Positions 19,751 through 29,802 of a DNA stretch of 64,000 nucleotides are shown here, in pieces. Below the pieces are notes generated by a model. It did not search any database and was not told where the DNA came from. It saw only the letters and a list, made by a program, of their open reading frames with translations. The number at the start of each line of letters is the position of its first letter. Within the stretch, counting starts at the first letter, position 1. Made by a program: the position numbers and the translations under genes. Source of the stretch: Candidatus Berkelbacteria bacterium (GTDB lineage Bacteria; Patescibacteriota; UBA1384; XYA2-FULL-43-10; 1-14-0-10-43-13); assembly GCA_037143235.1 (NCBI GenBank), contig JBAWZC010000003.1, positions 25,192 through 89,191 of the forward strand, given 5' to 3'.

Positions 19751-20792
19751 GCCAAGCTTTTCTAAAAGTCACTAGGATGCTGTAAGCAAAAGCATAAAAA
19801 GGGTCCTCAAGGTAGATTTTTAAAATTTTATGTTTTATTTGCTTATTTAAAAAGTAATTTTGAGAGGCTTGGATGATTCTTCGGATATAATCTCTTTTGA
19901 TAACCCTTAACACCCCTTTATCATAAGATTTTTTTTGTATGTTTTCAAACAGATCTCGAAGAATGCCTAATAGGAAAATTGCCTCTTCAGAACTTTTTGG
20001 TTCTGACTGATTACCCAAGCAAGATAAGGATTCATCTGGTGTCATTTTTGTTGTTGCTTCGTAAATTATCTCTTTGATAATAGAAAGAGACTTTTGATTA
20101 ACGGCTTTCCCATTAACTATCGATTCGTTTAGGCCATGTTTTCTAAGCATTAGCAACGGTTGCTTTAGATTATGTAACTTAGTTATTTTACTCATGCGAT
20201 ACCAAAGATCGTAGTCTTCTGACTGGTAAGCGTCCAGCGAATAATATTCTCCGCTCTTAGCTGTTGATAGTGCTTCCAACGCGTCTTTTCTCATCATTAC
20301 TGTTGGGTGCGCAAAGGGACAACCGAAATTCATATTCCAACGAATCATGCCATCTTGAACAGGCATTACCAGCGTTCCTTTTTTATTACCGTCCCCATCA
20401 ATTATTTTGATAGCGGTGCCAAGCACCCCGATTTCTAGGTTAGACTCCATATACTGTAGCTGATATGCCAACCGTGTAATATCTGAGACATCATCACAAT
20501 CCATTCGTGCAATGTATTTACCCTTAGATAAAGCAATACCTTTGTTCAGAGTTCTTATCAAGCGTAAATTATTAATATTTCTTATATAAACTATCCTTGA
20601 GTCAAGGTATGATTTTATGATTTGTTCACTGTTATCTGTTGATCCATCATTGATGATGATCAACTCAAAATCAATAAAAGTTTGATTTAGTATACTATTA
20701 ATAGATTCGGCTAGATATTTTTCACCATTATAAACAGGCATAAGAACAGTAACCATTTTTTTATATGATTTCGTGCTCATATTCTTTTCCAT
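19722..20792 (-). CDS. Glycosyltransferase family 2
   Basis: Contains 'VTVLMPVYNGEKYLAESINSILNQTFIDFELIIINDGSTDNS' and a 'RMDCDD' DXD-like motif. Confidence 0.8.
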   Translation of the reverse strand: MEKNMSTKSYKKMVTVLMPVYNGEKYLAESINSILNQTFIDFELIIINDGSTDNSEQIIKSYLDSRIVYIRNINNLRLIRTLNKGIALSKGKYIARMDCDDVSDITRLAYQLQYMESNLEIGVLGTAIKIIDGDGNKKGTLVMPVQDGMIRWNMNFGCPFAHPTVMMRKDALEALSTAKSGEYYSLDAYQSEDYDLWYRMSKITKLHNLKQPLLMLRKHGLNESIVNGKAVNQKSLSIIKEIIYEATTKMTPDESLSCLGNQSEPKSSEEAIFLLGILRDLFENIQKKSYDKGVLRVIKRDYIRRIIQASQNYFLNKQIKHKILKIYLEDPFYAFAYSILVTFRKAWHENFGKKNE

Positions 20793-21634
20793 TTTTTGGG
20801 TATCATGTCACTACTGTCCATCTTTGGATCGCGAAACCATTGCTTGGGCGCGATAACAATCTTATTGGGTTTGATGTTCAACCAAGCGCCCCACCAACTA
20901 AATGAACTATTAGCGATAATATTGTCTTCGCAACATGACATAAGCCTCAAATCTTCATAGCTTTTTTCAGGACCGTTTCCTTCAACGTATACCACGGTAT
21001 GATTAAATATTAAATTTTTTTTCACCCATGGCATATCATCAGAAAAAATGAACAATGTAAAATCCTTTGTTTTTTTCTCAATAATTTTCAGAGCGTTCTC
21101 GTAATAACTCGGCCCGCAAACACCATGGACACTATTCGCAGACCGGTCAGAGACATAGTCACCCCTGCGAACATGAAGGCTTACTGAATGACACTTTTGG
21201 ATCATATTTAAATACTTTCTGTTCAGCCGGTCTGGAGCCGATTTTGGCTTGTATTCTTCTCTGATAATTTCCGGGATATTTTCAAAATATTTCTCTGATT
21301 GCCAGTACCCAGCCAGGTATTTGTTGTCTGTGATTTTTAATATTTTAGGATCAAATTTAAGCGATTTGTCTAATATAATATTTCTGGAATAAACAGAAAA
21401 ATGAAACAAATCAAACAGTCGAAATAATTTAGAATTATATTTTTTTAAAACAGACCGATCAAGAATCTTCTCCTGAATATTATAATCATTCAAACAATAT
21501 TTGCGGGTTGCATATCTATCATATGCCGAAATATCAAGAACAAGCTCTGCCCCCAAATAGTTCGCTAGATTCCTTCCTAGCGCATACTGAAACATCTGAT
21601 TTCCAAGACCACCTATAATTTTGACAATAATCAT
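20777..21634 (-). CDS. GT11 alpha-1,2-fucosyltransferase
   Basis: The N-terminal 'IIGGLGNQMFQYALGRNLA' is the hallmark GT11 motif. The length of 285 aa is typical for the family. Confidence 0.8.
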   Translation of the reverse strand: MIIVKIIGGLGNQMFQYALGRNLANYLGAELVLDISAYDRYATRKYCLNDYNIQEKILDRSVLKKYNSKLFRLFDLFHFSVYSRNIILDKSLKFDPKILKITDNKYLAGYWQSEKYFENIPEIIREEYKPKSAPDRLNRKYLNMIQKCHSVSLHVRRGDYVSDRSANSVHGVCGPSYYENALKIIEKKTKDFTLFIFSDDMPWVKKNLIFNHTVVYVEGNGPEKSYEDLRLMSCCEDNIIANSSFSWWGAWLNIKPNKIVIAPKQWFRDPKMDSSDMIPKKWKRI

Positions 21635-21640
21635 AAAATC

Positions 21641-23221
21641 CTAATTTAATGCCGAATTGTCACTTATTTTTTTAATCATATTTCTCGCCTTTTGCACTAT
21701 GGGGATCAATAGTCGTGGAGAAAAACCCATCAGGTTATCAAGAATCTCAACATCCTCGTAGCAAAATACTTTTAACCATACTAGCGCCCTAAACGATAAA
21801 AATAATAAGATTATCCCAGCTATCAATTTAATTATAACCAATTTAGTTATAACCGACAAAGCCACAAACAACAATGAGAAAATAACTGCCCAAGCTAGTA
21901 ACTTCCATACCTTCCTCCAGTCAATGTAATAGCGTGTAGACCTTAGGACATATGTTAATAATAAAGTTGTAGTAACAGCCTGACTAAGAAAGTTTGCGAC
22001 TCCTGCACCAATAGATGAATACTTTCTAATCAAGAAATAATCAAGAACAAGATTAAGTACCGCACCAAGTAATATAATCAGAATTGTCTTAGAAAATTTC
22101 TTGTTTTGGTTAGCAATTTTAATAAAAATTGGTGTAAAAATTACACCTATAATTGACGAATACAAGACCAATGGAAAGATTGACTGAATCTTGACAAAGC
22201 CGCTACCATATACTAGATTTACGGCGTTGCCGATAAAAAGAACCAGCAGGTTTGCGATTGGAATGAACAAGATAAGTCCATATTTAATCGCAAGGTAGCA
22301 CATTCTGTCCGATCTTTTTTCCTCAGTCTCTAGCACCTCGAATTGAGCGTTCTGCAGAGATTTTTGTAGCACACCAACAAAACTTGTAAATATAATTGCC
22401 ATAGTGTAGGCGAGAGAATAAAATCCAATCTCTGCTGAGGGAGAATATTTACCAAGGAATATCACTTCAGAATAAGACCAGAGCACAAACTGAACAAGAA
22501 CATTTATATATGCTAACCATGTATATTTCACAATTTCTTTGCGATCAACTACTGTTTCCGGAAACTCTTTATAGATAAGCAATGGCTTGACCTGAAAGAA
22601 AGCGTAACAGGCGACAGCAAAATTCGTCAGGATCGACGCCGCCAAAATATAGGCTATTCCTTTCGATAGGAAAATGACCGCAAGAATAAAGATAATGTTC
22701 AAAGTGCTGCCAACAATGTTGGCAATCGCGACTTTCTTAAAATTTTGGGTCGCACTCAAAAAATTTAATAAATGGGCAGAAAGGAAAGAAACAAGTGACC
22801 CCAAGATGGCAATCAGAAGCAATCGCCTGACATCTGGATCTGCAATGTTTACGACTCCAATCCAGTGGCTGAGTGTTAAACAGAGAATTGCGATTATCAG
22901 CACAGAAACAATCAATCGAAGATATGTTGCTGCTAAAAATATTTTGATTGCGATACTCTTTTTTTCTTCGTACCAAAAATATTTTGGTACATATTTATTT
23001 ATGGCCTGCCCTATCCCAAAATCAAGAACTATGGCAAGAATCGCCACCAGGCTTGTCATATATGCATACACACCGTACTTACTGGCCCCAAAATATCTTG
23101 TCAATATAATTGACACAACAAGACCCGTGATCCCAACGAATACAAAATTAAGAGAGCTCCAAAATGAGTTCTGCGTAACAATTGTTAGAAAATTCTTATT
23201 TGTATTTTTGTCGTTGATCAT
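21641..23221 (-). CDS. wzx: Oligosaccharide flippase (Wzx / MOP superfamily)
   Basis: 526 aa with ~14 TM helices and polysaccharide-biosynthesis-protein topology. This is the second flippase in the locus. Confidence 0.65.
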   Translation of the reverse strand: MINDKNTNKNFLTIVTQNSFWSSLNFVFVGITGLVVSIILTRYFGASKYGVYAYMTSLVAILAIVLDFGIGQAINKYVPKYFWYEEKKSIAIKIFLAATYLRLIVSVLIIAILCLTLSHWIGVVNIADPDVRRLLLIAILGSLVSFLSAHLLNFLSATQNFKKVAIANIVGSTLNIIFILAVIFLSKGIAYILAASILTNFAVACYAFFQVKPLLIYKEFPETVVDRKEIVKYTWLAYINVLVQFVLWSYSEVIFLGKYSPSAEIGFYSLAYTMAIIFTSFVGVLQKSLQNAQFEVLETEEKRSDRMCYLAIKYGLILFIPIANLLVLFIGNAVNLVYGSGFVKIQSIFPLVLYSSIIGVIFTPIFIKIANQNKKFSKTILIILLGAVLNLVLDYFLIRKYSSIGAGVANFLSQAVTTTLLLTYVLRSTRYYIDWRKVWKLLAWAVIFSLLFVALSVITKLVIIKLIAGIILLFLSFRALVWLKVFCYEDVEILDNLMGFSPRLLIPIVQKARNMIKKISDNSALN

Positions 23222-23753
23222 TTCAAAAAGTAAAATCCAATTTTATCATTTGCAGCGACTCATCTTAGCCAGTGTTTTTGCAATAACCAAAATGTGTTTT
23301 TCGATACCTTTATTCAGTTCAGTAGTAGAACGCCAACCAATTTTTGTCATCTTTGATGCACCTAGGAGCTTTTTGTCATGTCATTTGGTTTTGTTGCGTC
23401 AAAAACCGACTTTCGGGAGACACTTCGCTTTAGCATCATGCATTCGCCCCATGAGAGCAGGTATCACATGCAATGATTCTGGACTAAAGTTGTCATTTTC
23501 TCCGTATATATTTGTAGGCATGCACGAGATAAATGTTTGAATATACTGCTCATAAATTTTTCCACAGAGTTTCATCTCAGCAATCTTGGCCAGTAATCCT
23601 CGTGGTCATCGCTTTTTTTTCCTCTTGACTCCTTCTGGATGAAATGAACTATACCTTTTATGTTTTTCAGGATTAAGAATATCATTTTAATTTGATTTAA
23701 TAAAGTCTAAATGATACTTTTAATATTAAACAACAATTAATGCAGGATTTAAC

Positions 23754-24740
23754 ATGAAAATTCTTGTCACAGGCGGTGCTGGGTACATCGGTTCGCACAC
23801 AGTAAAAGAGTTATTGAAAAAAGGACACGAGGTCATAATTTTTGATAGTCTTGAAAACGGTTTTCGAGATGCAGTAGTCGGAGGAAAGCTAATTGAGGGC
23901 GATCTTCGAAATAAAAAGGATATTGAGGACGTATTTGATAAACATAAGATTGAGGCTGTGATTCACTTTGCTGCATATGCTTCTGTCCCAGATTCAGTTG
24001 CAGACCCAGCTAAATATTTCGAGAACAATCTTTGTGGTGGACTTAATCTACTGAATGCAATGCTTAAGGCAAACGTGAAGAAGCTTGTGTTTTCATCGAC
24101 AGCAGCTGTGTACGGAGAACCAAAAGCAATTCCTATCAAAGAAGATGATCCGAAAGACCCAACTTCTCCTTATGGCTTGTCGAAACTTCAATTTGAACAA
24201 ATTTTGGAATGGTATGATCGGGCCTACGACTTCAGATACGTTGCAGTTCGCTATTTCTGTGCAGCTGGAGCAGATCCAGAAGGACAGATTGGCGAGAATC
24301 ACATGCCCGAGACACATGTTATCCCGATGGCAATTTACACCGCACTTGGGAAAAGAGAAGTATTCAAAATATATGGCGACGACTACAATACACCTGACGG
24401 TTCTGGTGTTCGTGACTTTATCCACGTCGTAGACTTAGCGAATATACATATTCGCGCCCTGCAGTACCTTAGAGAAGATGGAAAATCTGATGCATTCAAC
24501 TGTGGAATAAAAAAAGGTTATTCAGTTAGGCAAATTGTTAATAAGGTTGAGGAAATATCAGGGAAAAAAGTTAATACTACGATAGAACCGAGACGTGCTG
24601 GCGACCCAGCTACTCTTGTCGCCGATCCTTCTAAAATAATTGCAAAATTTGACTTCGAGCAAAAGTTTTCAGATCTCGACACAATAATAAAAACTTCTTG
24701 GAATTGGTTTGCTAAAAATCCTGATGGATACAAGGAATAA
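23754..24740 (+). CDS. galE: UDP-glucose 4-epimerase
   Basis: Contains 'MKILVTGGAGYIGSHTV', 'YASVPDS...' and a 'YGLSKL' catalytic YxxxK. Length 328 aa. Confidence 0.85.
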   Translation: MKILVTGGAGYIGSHTVKELLKKGHEVIIFDSLENGFRDAVVGGKLIEGDLRNKKDIEDVFDKHKIEAVIHFAAYASVPDSVADPAKYFENNLCGGLNLLNAMLKANVKKLVFSSTAAVYGEPKAIPIKEDDPKDPTSPYGLSKLQFEQILEWYDRAYDFRYVAVRYFCAAGADPEGQIGENHMPETHVIPMAIYTALGKREVFKIYGDDYNTPDGSGVRDFIHVVDLANIHIRALQYLREDGKSDAFNCGIKKGYSVRQIVNKVEEISGKKVNTTIEPRRAGDPATLVADPSKIIAKFDFEQKFSDLDTIIKTSWNWFAKNPDGYKE

Positions 24741-24741
24741 T

Positions 24742-25449
24742 ATGAAAGCATTTGTGCTCGCAGCAGGTCTAGGCACTAGGCTCAAGCCTCTAACTGATAC
24801 AACACCAAAGCCTATGCTGAAGGTTGGAGACAAGCCGCTTCTCGAACATCAGCTACTTTGGCTAAGGTCGCATGGCGTGACTGAGATAATTATGAATCTC
24901 TTCTATTTTCCAGATCAAATCGAAGGCTACTTTGGAAATGGTGAAAGATTTGGTCTCAAAATTAGATACATTTTGGAAAAAGATTTATCTGGCACCGCTG
25001 GACCGATTACAAAAGCTCAAGATTTTTTCAACGAAAAGTTTTTTGTCATCTACGGAGACAATCTCACAAACATTAATCTCACTAAACTACTCGATTTTCA
25101 TGAATCAAAAAAAGGGATTGCAACAATTGCCCTTTACTACGAGAAACATCCCGAAAGCAAGGGCATCGTAGAATTAGACAAAAATGCGAGGGTAATTTCA
25201 TTTAAAGAAAAACCCCCTACAGACGAGATAACGAGCCACTGGGCAAACACTGGAATATATGTATGCAATCCAGAAATTATCCAGCATATACCTGAAGGAT
25301 TTTGCGACTTCGGTCGTGACTTATTTCCTGCCTTACTCACTCAGAATCTGCCTTTGTTCGGGTATAAAACTGATGATTTTTTATTAGACATCGGCACTCA
25401 CGAAAATTATGAAAAAGCCAAGAATGAAATTAAGAACATGGATTTTTAA
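24742..25449 (+). CDS. Sugar-1-phosphate nucleotidyltransferase (HddC/GmhD-like, D-glycero-D-manno-heptose-1-P guanylyltransferase candidate)
   Basis: 'MKAFVLAAGLGTRLKPLTDTTPKPM' is the G-x-G-T-R signature of NTP-transferases. The start is placed at the ATG at 24742, after an AGGAA RBS, rather than the track's upstream ATG. It clusters with gmhA, hddA and gmhB. Confidence 0.7.
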   Translation: MKAFVLAAGLGTRLKPLTDTTPKPMLKVGDKPLLEHQLLWLRSHGVTEIIMNLFYFPDQIEGYFGNGERFGLKIRYILEKDLSGTAGPITKAQDFFNEKFFVIYGDNLTNINLTKLLDFHESKKGIATIALYYEKHPESKGIVELDKNARVISFKEKPPTDEITSHWANTGIYVCNPEIIQHIPEGFCDFGRDLFPALLTQNLPLFGYKTDDFLLDIGTHENYEKAKNEIKNMDF

Positions 25450-26003
25450 TGAAACCAGCAGTATTTTTAGACAGAGACGGCGTGATAAATTATAATGCAA
25501 ACCCCCATGATTATGTAAAAAAATGGGATGAATTTCGTTTTTACAAAAACGCAGTGAAGGCGTTGAAAGATCTCAGCAAACGCAATATATTTACCGTGCT
25601 TGTAACAAACCAAAGAGGTATCAGTAGAAATATAATGAGCCACGAGGATTTGTTGGACATTCACAAGAATATGCTCGAGGAATTGGGAAAAGTGAACGCC
25701 TCAATTTCTCAAATATATTATTGCTCTCATGGGCACGAAGACAACTGCAACTGCAGGAAGCCAATGCCAGGAATGTTTTTGCAAGCGGCGAAAGAGCATG
25801 AAATTATTCTCGAAAAATCATTCATGGTGGATGATGCTCGATCAGGAATTGAGGCCGGAAAAAGGGCTGGATGTAAAACAATTCTAGTTCTGACAGGCAA
25901 TGGCAGAGAAAATCTGAAAACTGTCGACGAATGGGAATTTAAACCAGACTATATTACAAAAGACCTATTGTCTGCCACCAAAATTATTTGTAAATATATA
26001 TAG
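25449..26003 (+). CDS. gmhB: D,D-heptose 1,7-bisphosphate phosphatase (HAD-IIIA)
   Basis: Contains 'AVFLDRDGVIN' (DxDG HAD motif I), the 'CNCRKPMPGM' zinc/Cys motif and 'VDDARSGIEAGKRAG'. Confidence 0.75.
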   Translation: MKPAVFLDRDGVINYNANPHDYVKKWDEFRFYKNAVKALKDLSKRNIFTVLVTNQRGISRNIMSHEDLLDIHKNMLEELGKVNASISQIYYCSHGHEDNCNCRKPMPGMFLQAAKEHEIILEKSFMVDDARSGIEAGKRAGCKTILVLTGNGRENLKTVDEWEFKPDYITKDLLSATKIICKYI

Positions 26004-26576
26004 CTATTTTAAATTTTCATAGAACCAGCGCGTAAGCATGTGCGTAACAATCATATGAAAGTCTTCGGCAACATCATATTTTTTAATCTCTGCGGTTATG
26101 CAGACCTTGCTTCTTTTTGCAAGCTCACCTCCATCGAAACCAGCGAGGCCGACAATCATTGCACCATGTTTTTCTGCGACATTGAGAGCGTTCAAAATAT
26201 TCTTTGAGTTTCCACTTGCACTGATTGCAAGCAATACATCTCCCTCTTGAACAAGATTCTCAAGCTGCTGCGAGAATATATCATCAAACGAGGTATCGTT
26301 TGCCCATGCGGTCATCGTCGCAACATTATCAGTCAAAGAGATGACTCGGAATCTCTTGATGTTTTTCTCGCCAGTATGCCCAAGAACACCCTTGCTCCAA
26401 TCGTTAGAAACATGAGAAGCAGTTGAAGCACTTCCGCCGTTACCGATTACAAAAATCGTGCGACCATCGTCTCTCGCAGTTAGTAAAATATCTCTTACTT
26501 CGGCAAGCTTGTCAGAATTGATAGAACCAAGACAGTAATTCAGTTCTGACAAATAGTCAGATAAAAATTCTTTCAT
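26004..26576 (-). CDS. gmhA: Phosphoheptose isomerase (SIS domain)
   Basis: Contains 'IFVIGNGGSASTASH' and 'LLAISASGNSKN', the SIS signatures of GmhA. Confidence 0.8.
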   Translation of the reverse strand: MKEFLSDYLSELNYCLGSINSDKLAEVRDILLTARDDGRTIFVIGNGGSASTASHVSNDWSKGVLGHTGEKNIKRFRVISLTDNVATMTAWANDTSFDDIFSQQLENLVQEGDVLLAISASGNSKNILNALNVAEKHGAMIVGLAGFDGGELAKRSKVCITAEIKKYDVAEDFHMIVTHMLTRWFYENLK

Positions 26577-26592
26577 ACTTTTACCTCCAAAA

Positions 26593-27588
26593 TTAGTCGT
26601 GAATAAAGATTACTTTACTCCCCTGATAATCAAATTTCAAGTCAATCGGCCTTAGAATATTTAGTGAATGCTGAACCTGCGCATGTTTTTCCTTTGGCGC
26701 ATAGAACATGAGGAATCCACCACCGCCTGCTCCTAGAAGTTTTCCGCCTGTCGCACCAGCCTTAATTGCTAATTTATACCATTCGTCTATAGCTGGAGTA
26801 CTAACACCTGCCGCCATTTGTTTTTTTAAAATCCAGTTTTCGTTCAGAATTTCACCAAATGCACTCACATTGTTCTCTTGTAATTCATTCTTAAGCTCAA
26901 ACGCAAGCTTTACCATCTTGTCCATGATTAAGCCCTTGTTTTTGTCAGATTCAAGGTTTTTCTTCTGATCTGCTAATATATTTGAGGCGCTTCGAGTGAT
27001 TCCTGTGTAGAACATCAAAATATTGCTTTCTAACTCCTGAATAGTGTCTTTTTTACAAATGATTGGATCTACTGCCACCGAGCCATCAGGATTAAACTGA
27101 ATCAAGTTCAGTCCACCGTACGCTGCTGCATACTGGTCCTGCTTGCCTATCGGCTCTCCTAATATTTCAACCTCTATCTGACACGCTTCTTGTGCTAATT
27201 TTTCAGGAGAAGCGTATTCACCTTTGTATGCGTGAAGTGCTTGGAGCAAGCCTACTGTAAAAGAACTAGATGAACCGAGACCTGTCCCCTTCGATGGAAT
27301 ATCTGCCAACGAGGACACCTCCAGAGAATCAGTAATTTTCAGTAGTTTTAATATCTCTCTAGCCCGATCATGTTGTAAATCATCAATATTTTCGACTTTT
27401 TCGACTTGAGAATATTTAAGATTAATCCCTTTGTCAAAGTTCTTGTTCAAAGTAATAAAGATGTATTTATTAATAGTAGTACTTACTACGGCGCCAACCT
27501 TGTTTCCATAATAAGATTCAAGATCACTGCCACCACCAACGAAACTCATCCTGAACGGTGTCTTTGTAATTATCATTTCGCCTTTCAA
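26593..27588 (-). CDS. hddA: D-glycero-alpha-D-manno-heptose-7-phosphate kinase (GHMP kinase)
   Basis: Contains 'TPFRMSFVGGGSD' (GHMP N-terminus), 'GTGLGSSSSF' and 'KLLGAGGGGFLMFYA'. Adjacent to gmhA. Confidence 0.75.
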   Translation of the reverse strand: MKGEMIITKTPFRMSFVGGGSDLESYYGNKVGAVVSTTINKYIFITLNKNFDKGINLKYSQVEKVENIDDLQHDRAREILKLLKITDSLEVSSLADIPSKGTGLGSSSSFTVGLLQALHAYKGEYASPEKLAQEACQIEVEILGEPIGKQDQYAAAYGGLNLIQFNPDGSVAVDPIICKKDTIQELESNILMFYTGITRSASNILADQKKNLESDKNKGLIMDKMVKLAFELKNELQENNVSAFGEILNENWILKKQMAAGVSTPAIDEWYKLAIKAGATGGKLLGAGGGGFLMFYAPKEKHAQVQHSLNILRPIDLKFDYQGSKVIFIHD

Positions 27589-27748
27589 AGAATAATTTAT
27601 ACTTACTTCGCAGATAATTTAAATACCAGGAATAGTCACGTGAGCGGTAATTATGACCAGCATGGGAAGGATATAACTACGACCATTATCGTAACAAAAG
27701 AGTGTTCAGAGAGTTGCAACTGCTTACCAATGATAAGAATAATATTTT

Positions 27749-28258
27749 TTACTGTTTCTCTCCTATTTTCTCACTGATCTTTGTTGATGAAATACCGCCC
27801 TTGATTTTCTCTGGTGGCAGACGGTGGCAGGTAATGAATTTGGTGCCGTACTGATCGCAAAGTTGTTTTTTTGCCTCCAGACTGGAGTCGGTCACTGGGA
27901 CTACATAAGCATTTGGTTTTAATAAATCCATCAAAATGTTGTGATCCATCTTCTCCCCGACTTCCTCAGAAAGAACGACATAATCAACCGTGTCTAGAGC
28001 TGCTACAAGCCGTGTACGGAGTTTTTCATTATTGATCGGTCGAGTTGGCCCTTTGAGATTACGGATTGTGGCATCATTGCCGACACTGACGAAAAGGATA
28101 TCCCCTTTTGATTTACAGTAGTTGAAGTGAATGACATGCCCAAGGTGAAGAATATCATAGCAGCCCGTCGTCAAAACAGTACTCTTCCCCTTAGACTTGA
28201 GTTGATCTCGAACTTTAGTGACTTCTGAATATTTGATGATTTTTTTGTCAGTTTTCAT
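27749..28258 (-). CDS. Cytidylyltransferase-like nucleotidyltransferase, RfaE domain II / HldC-like (heptose-1-P adenylyltransferase candidate)
   Basis: 'VLTTGCYDILHLGHVIHF...VSVGNDATIRNLKGPTRPINNEKLR...VDYVVLSEE' closely parallels RfaE domain II ('GCFDILHAGH...LKGxxRPxN'). Confidence 0.6.
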   Translation of the reverse strand: MKTDKKIIKYSEVTKVRDQLKSKGKSTVLTTGCYDILHLGHVIHFNYCKSKGDILFVSVGNDATIRNLKGPTRPINNEKLRTRLVAALDTVDYVVLSEEVGEKMDHNILMDLLKPNAYVVPVTDSSLEAKKQLCDQYGTKFITCHRLPPEKIKGGISSTKISEKIGEKQ

Positions 28259-28372
28259 ATTTAAACAATTAAATAGCTACTAGTTGGTTCGAATTACAGC
28301 TGAATTGTACCAACAATAATGAATCAAGGCAACAACCGTGACACAAGCCCGTAAAATGGGTATATGGCCTAA

Positions 28373-29260
28373 CTAGAAAAACTTGATGCCATCGAGAAGT
28401 GTTGGTTTTGTCGCCCAAAAACCTTGTTTCTCCAGATCTGAAATTACTTGATCACGATCATCTTCGCTTTTGGCGAACATAATACCATAGCCACCCCCGC
28501 CAGCGCCACAGAGCATATGACCGACGGCACGATCTGGTGTAGGCACGTCTACATCCATCTCGAAATATGGTTTGATCAACTCGCTGAGCTTGACCCATGA
28601 TTCGAGGCAGAGATCGATCATTTCGTCAGCATCTCCAAGAAGAGCAGAATCGGCTCGATCAACTACAGTAGACAGATATTTAGAAAATTTCGGCTCGTAT
28701 TTGATCAACAATCTGACGATATCGCCAACATTGCCACTCCTGCGCCTGATATCGGTATCAAACAAAACTATTCGACTCATAACCGGGTGATCATCTCGTT
28801 GCTTGATACTGAAGTTTTCGTGATCTGTCGTCTTGATCAGTTTCAGTCCGGGGATTATCGCCCCGACCTGGTCTTGCCAACCACCCTTTGTGCCCTCATT
28901 CCACTCCCACTCAAGAGTATGACCGACAAAGTCACCGTCAGGTTTGGCAAGCAAATATTTGCCTCCCTCCAAGATAGAACTAATCCCTAGACCTGTCCCA
29001 ATACCAGGGATACGAGAAGAAACCCGATAGTTTTCTCCCTGTGCCAAAAGCATAAAAGGATAGCCGCCATCATAGCATCCTCCCCACCCAGCAGCAATAT
29101 TTATTACTGCCGCTGGCCCTTCCCAGAAAAGTTGGTCAGTCCAGCCACCGATCAGATTTATCCGTATCGGCAGTAGAGCACCTTTGGGATTAGCGATTTT
29201 ACCTTGGGTGGATACCCGCAAATTAGTTTTGAATTTTCTTGTTATTTCTGGCTTAATCAT
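28373..29260 (-). CDS. GHMP kinase family protein (second sugar kinase, substrate unknown)
   Basis: Contains 'LPIRINLIGGWTD' and a C-terminal 'MLCGAGGGGYGIMFA'. Atypically short for the family at 295 aa. Confidence 0.5.
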   Translation of the reverse strand: MIKPEITRKFKTNLRVSTQGKIANPKGALLPIRINLIGGWTDQLFWEGPAAVINIAAGWGGCYDGGYPFMLLAQGENYRVSSRIPGIGTGLGISSILEGGKYLLAKPDGDFVGHTLEWEWNEGTKGGWQDQVGAIIPGLKLIKTTDHENFSIKQRDDHPVMSRIVLFDTDIRRRSGNVGDIVRLLIKYEPKFSKYLSTVVDRADSALLGDADEMIDLCLESWVKLSELIKPYFEMDVDVPTPDRAVGHMLCGAGGGGYGIMFAKSEDDRDQVISDLEKQGFWATKPTLLDGIKFF

Positions 29261-29300
29261 GATTACCTCATTTTTTCAAAGAAATTAATAATTCAGAACC

Positions 29301-29729
29301 CTATTTCTTGTATGTCCAAAACTTATTGGCGAAGAAATTCCAGATGATGGCGGCACCTGAGGCGATAATCAGGGAGACAATTTTACTCTGATCGAGATGA
29401 AAGCGATCGTAATCGAAAGCCAATGTGTTGATTGCCCAGCCGATGCCCGAAACAAGAACAAATTTGCCGAAAATGCCATATGCGGCTGATTTGTCACCAC
29501 CGGTCGCCTTGTCGTATTCGCCCTTGAAGGTCCAAATAGTATTGAATAAGTACGAATTTAACATCGCAACGATAAAAGATAGTGCTTTGGCGACTGTCTC
29601 TGACCCAGAGAGAATTGTATTAATCAGCAGATAGAAAAACAGCCAGTCGACCCCGGTGTTGGCCACACCGACCAGACCAAACTTCACAAACTGAAGAAGA
29701 GACGAAGCGTCATTTTTATATTTGTTCAT
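29301..29729 (-). CDS. GtrA family membrane protein
   Basis: 142 aa with 4 TM helices. 'FVKFGLVGVANTGVDWLFFYLL' is typical of GtrA. Confidence 0.75.
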   Translation of the reverse strand: MNKYKNDASSLLQFVKFGLVGVANTGVDWLFFYLLINTILSGSETVAKALSFIVAMLNSYLFNTIWTFKGEYDKATGGDKSAAYGIFGKFVLVSGIGWAINTLAFDYDRFHLDQSKIVSLIIASGAAIIWNFFANKFWTYKK

Positions 29730-29802
29730 TTACCTATTTTCTCATTTATTTAATTATTTTTCGAATTTATTTATTTTCTCACACAGAATATTTAATCATT
29801 TT

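Noticed and set aside
22674-23540. 288-aa plus-strand ORF overlapping the Wzx flippase gene on the opposite strand
   Set aside because: Antisense to a well-supported 526-aa membrane protein. Low-complexity composition with no motifs, so a typical shadow ORF.
23222-23753. Possible small gene or ncRNA in the 530-bp divergent intergenic region between wzx and galE
   Set aside because: No ORF with an RBS, no convincing conserved structure by eye, and no tRNA-like cloverleaf. Left as an untranslated divergent promoter region.
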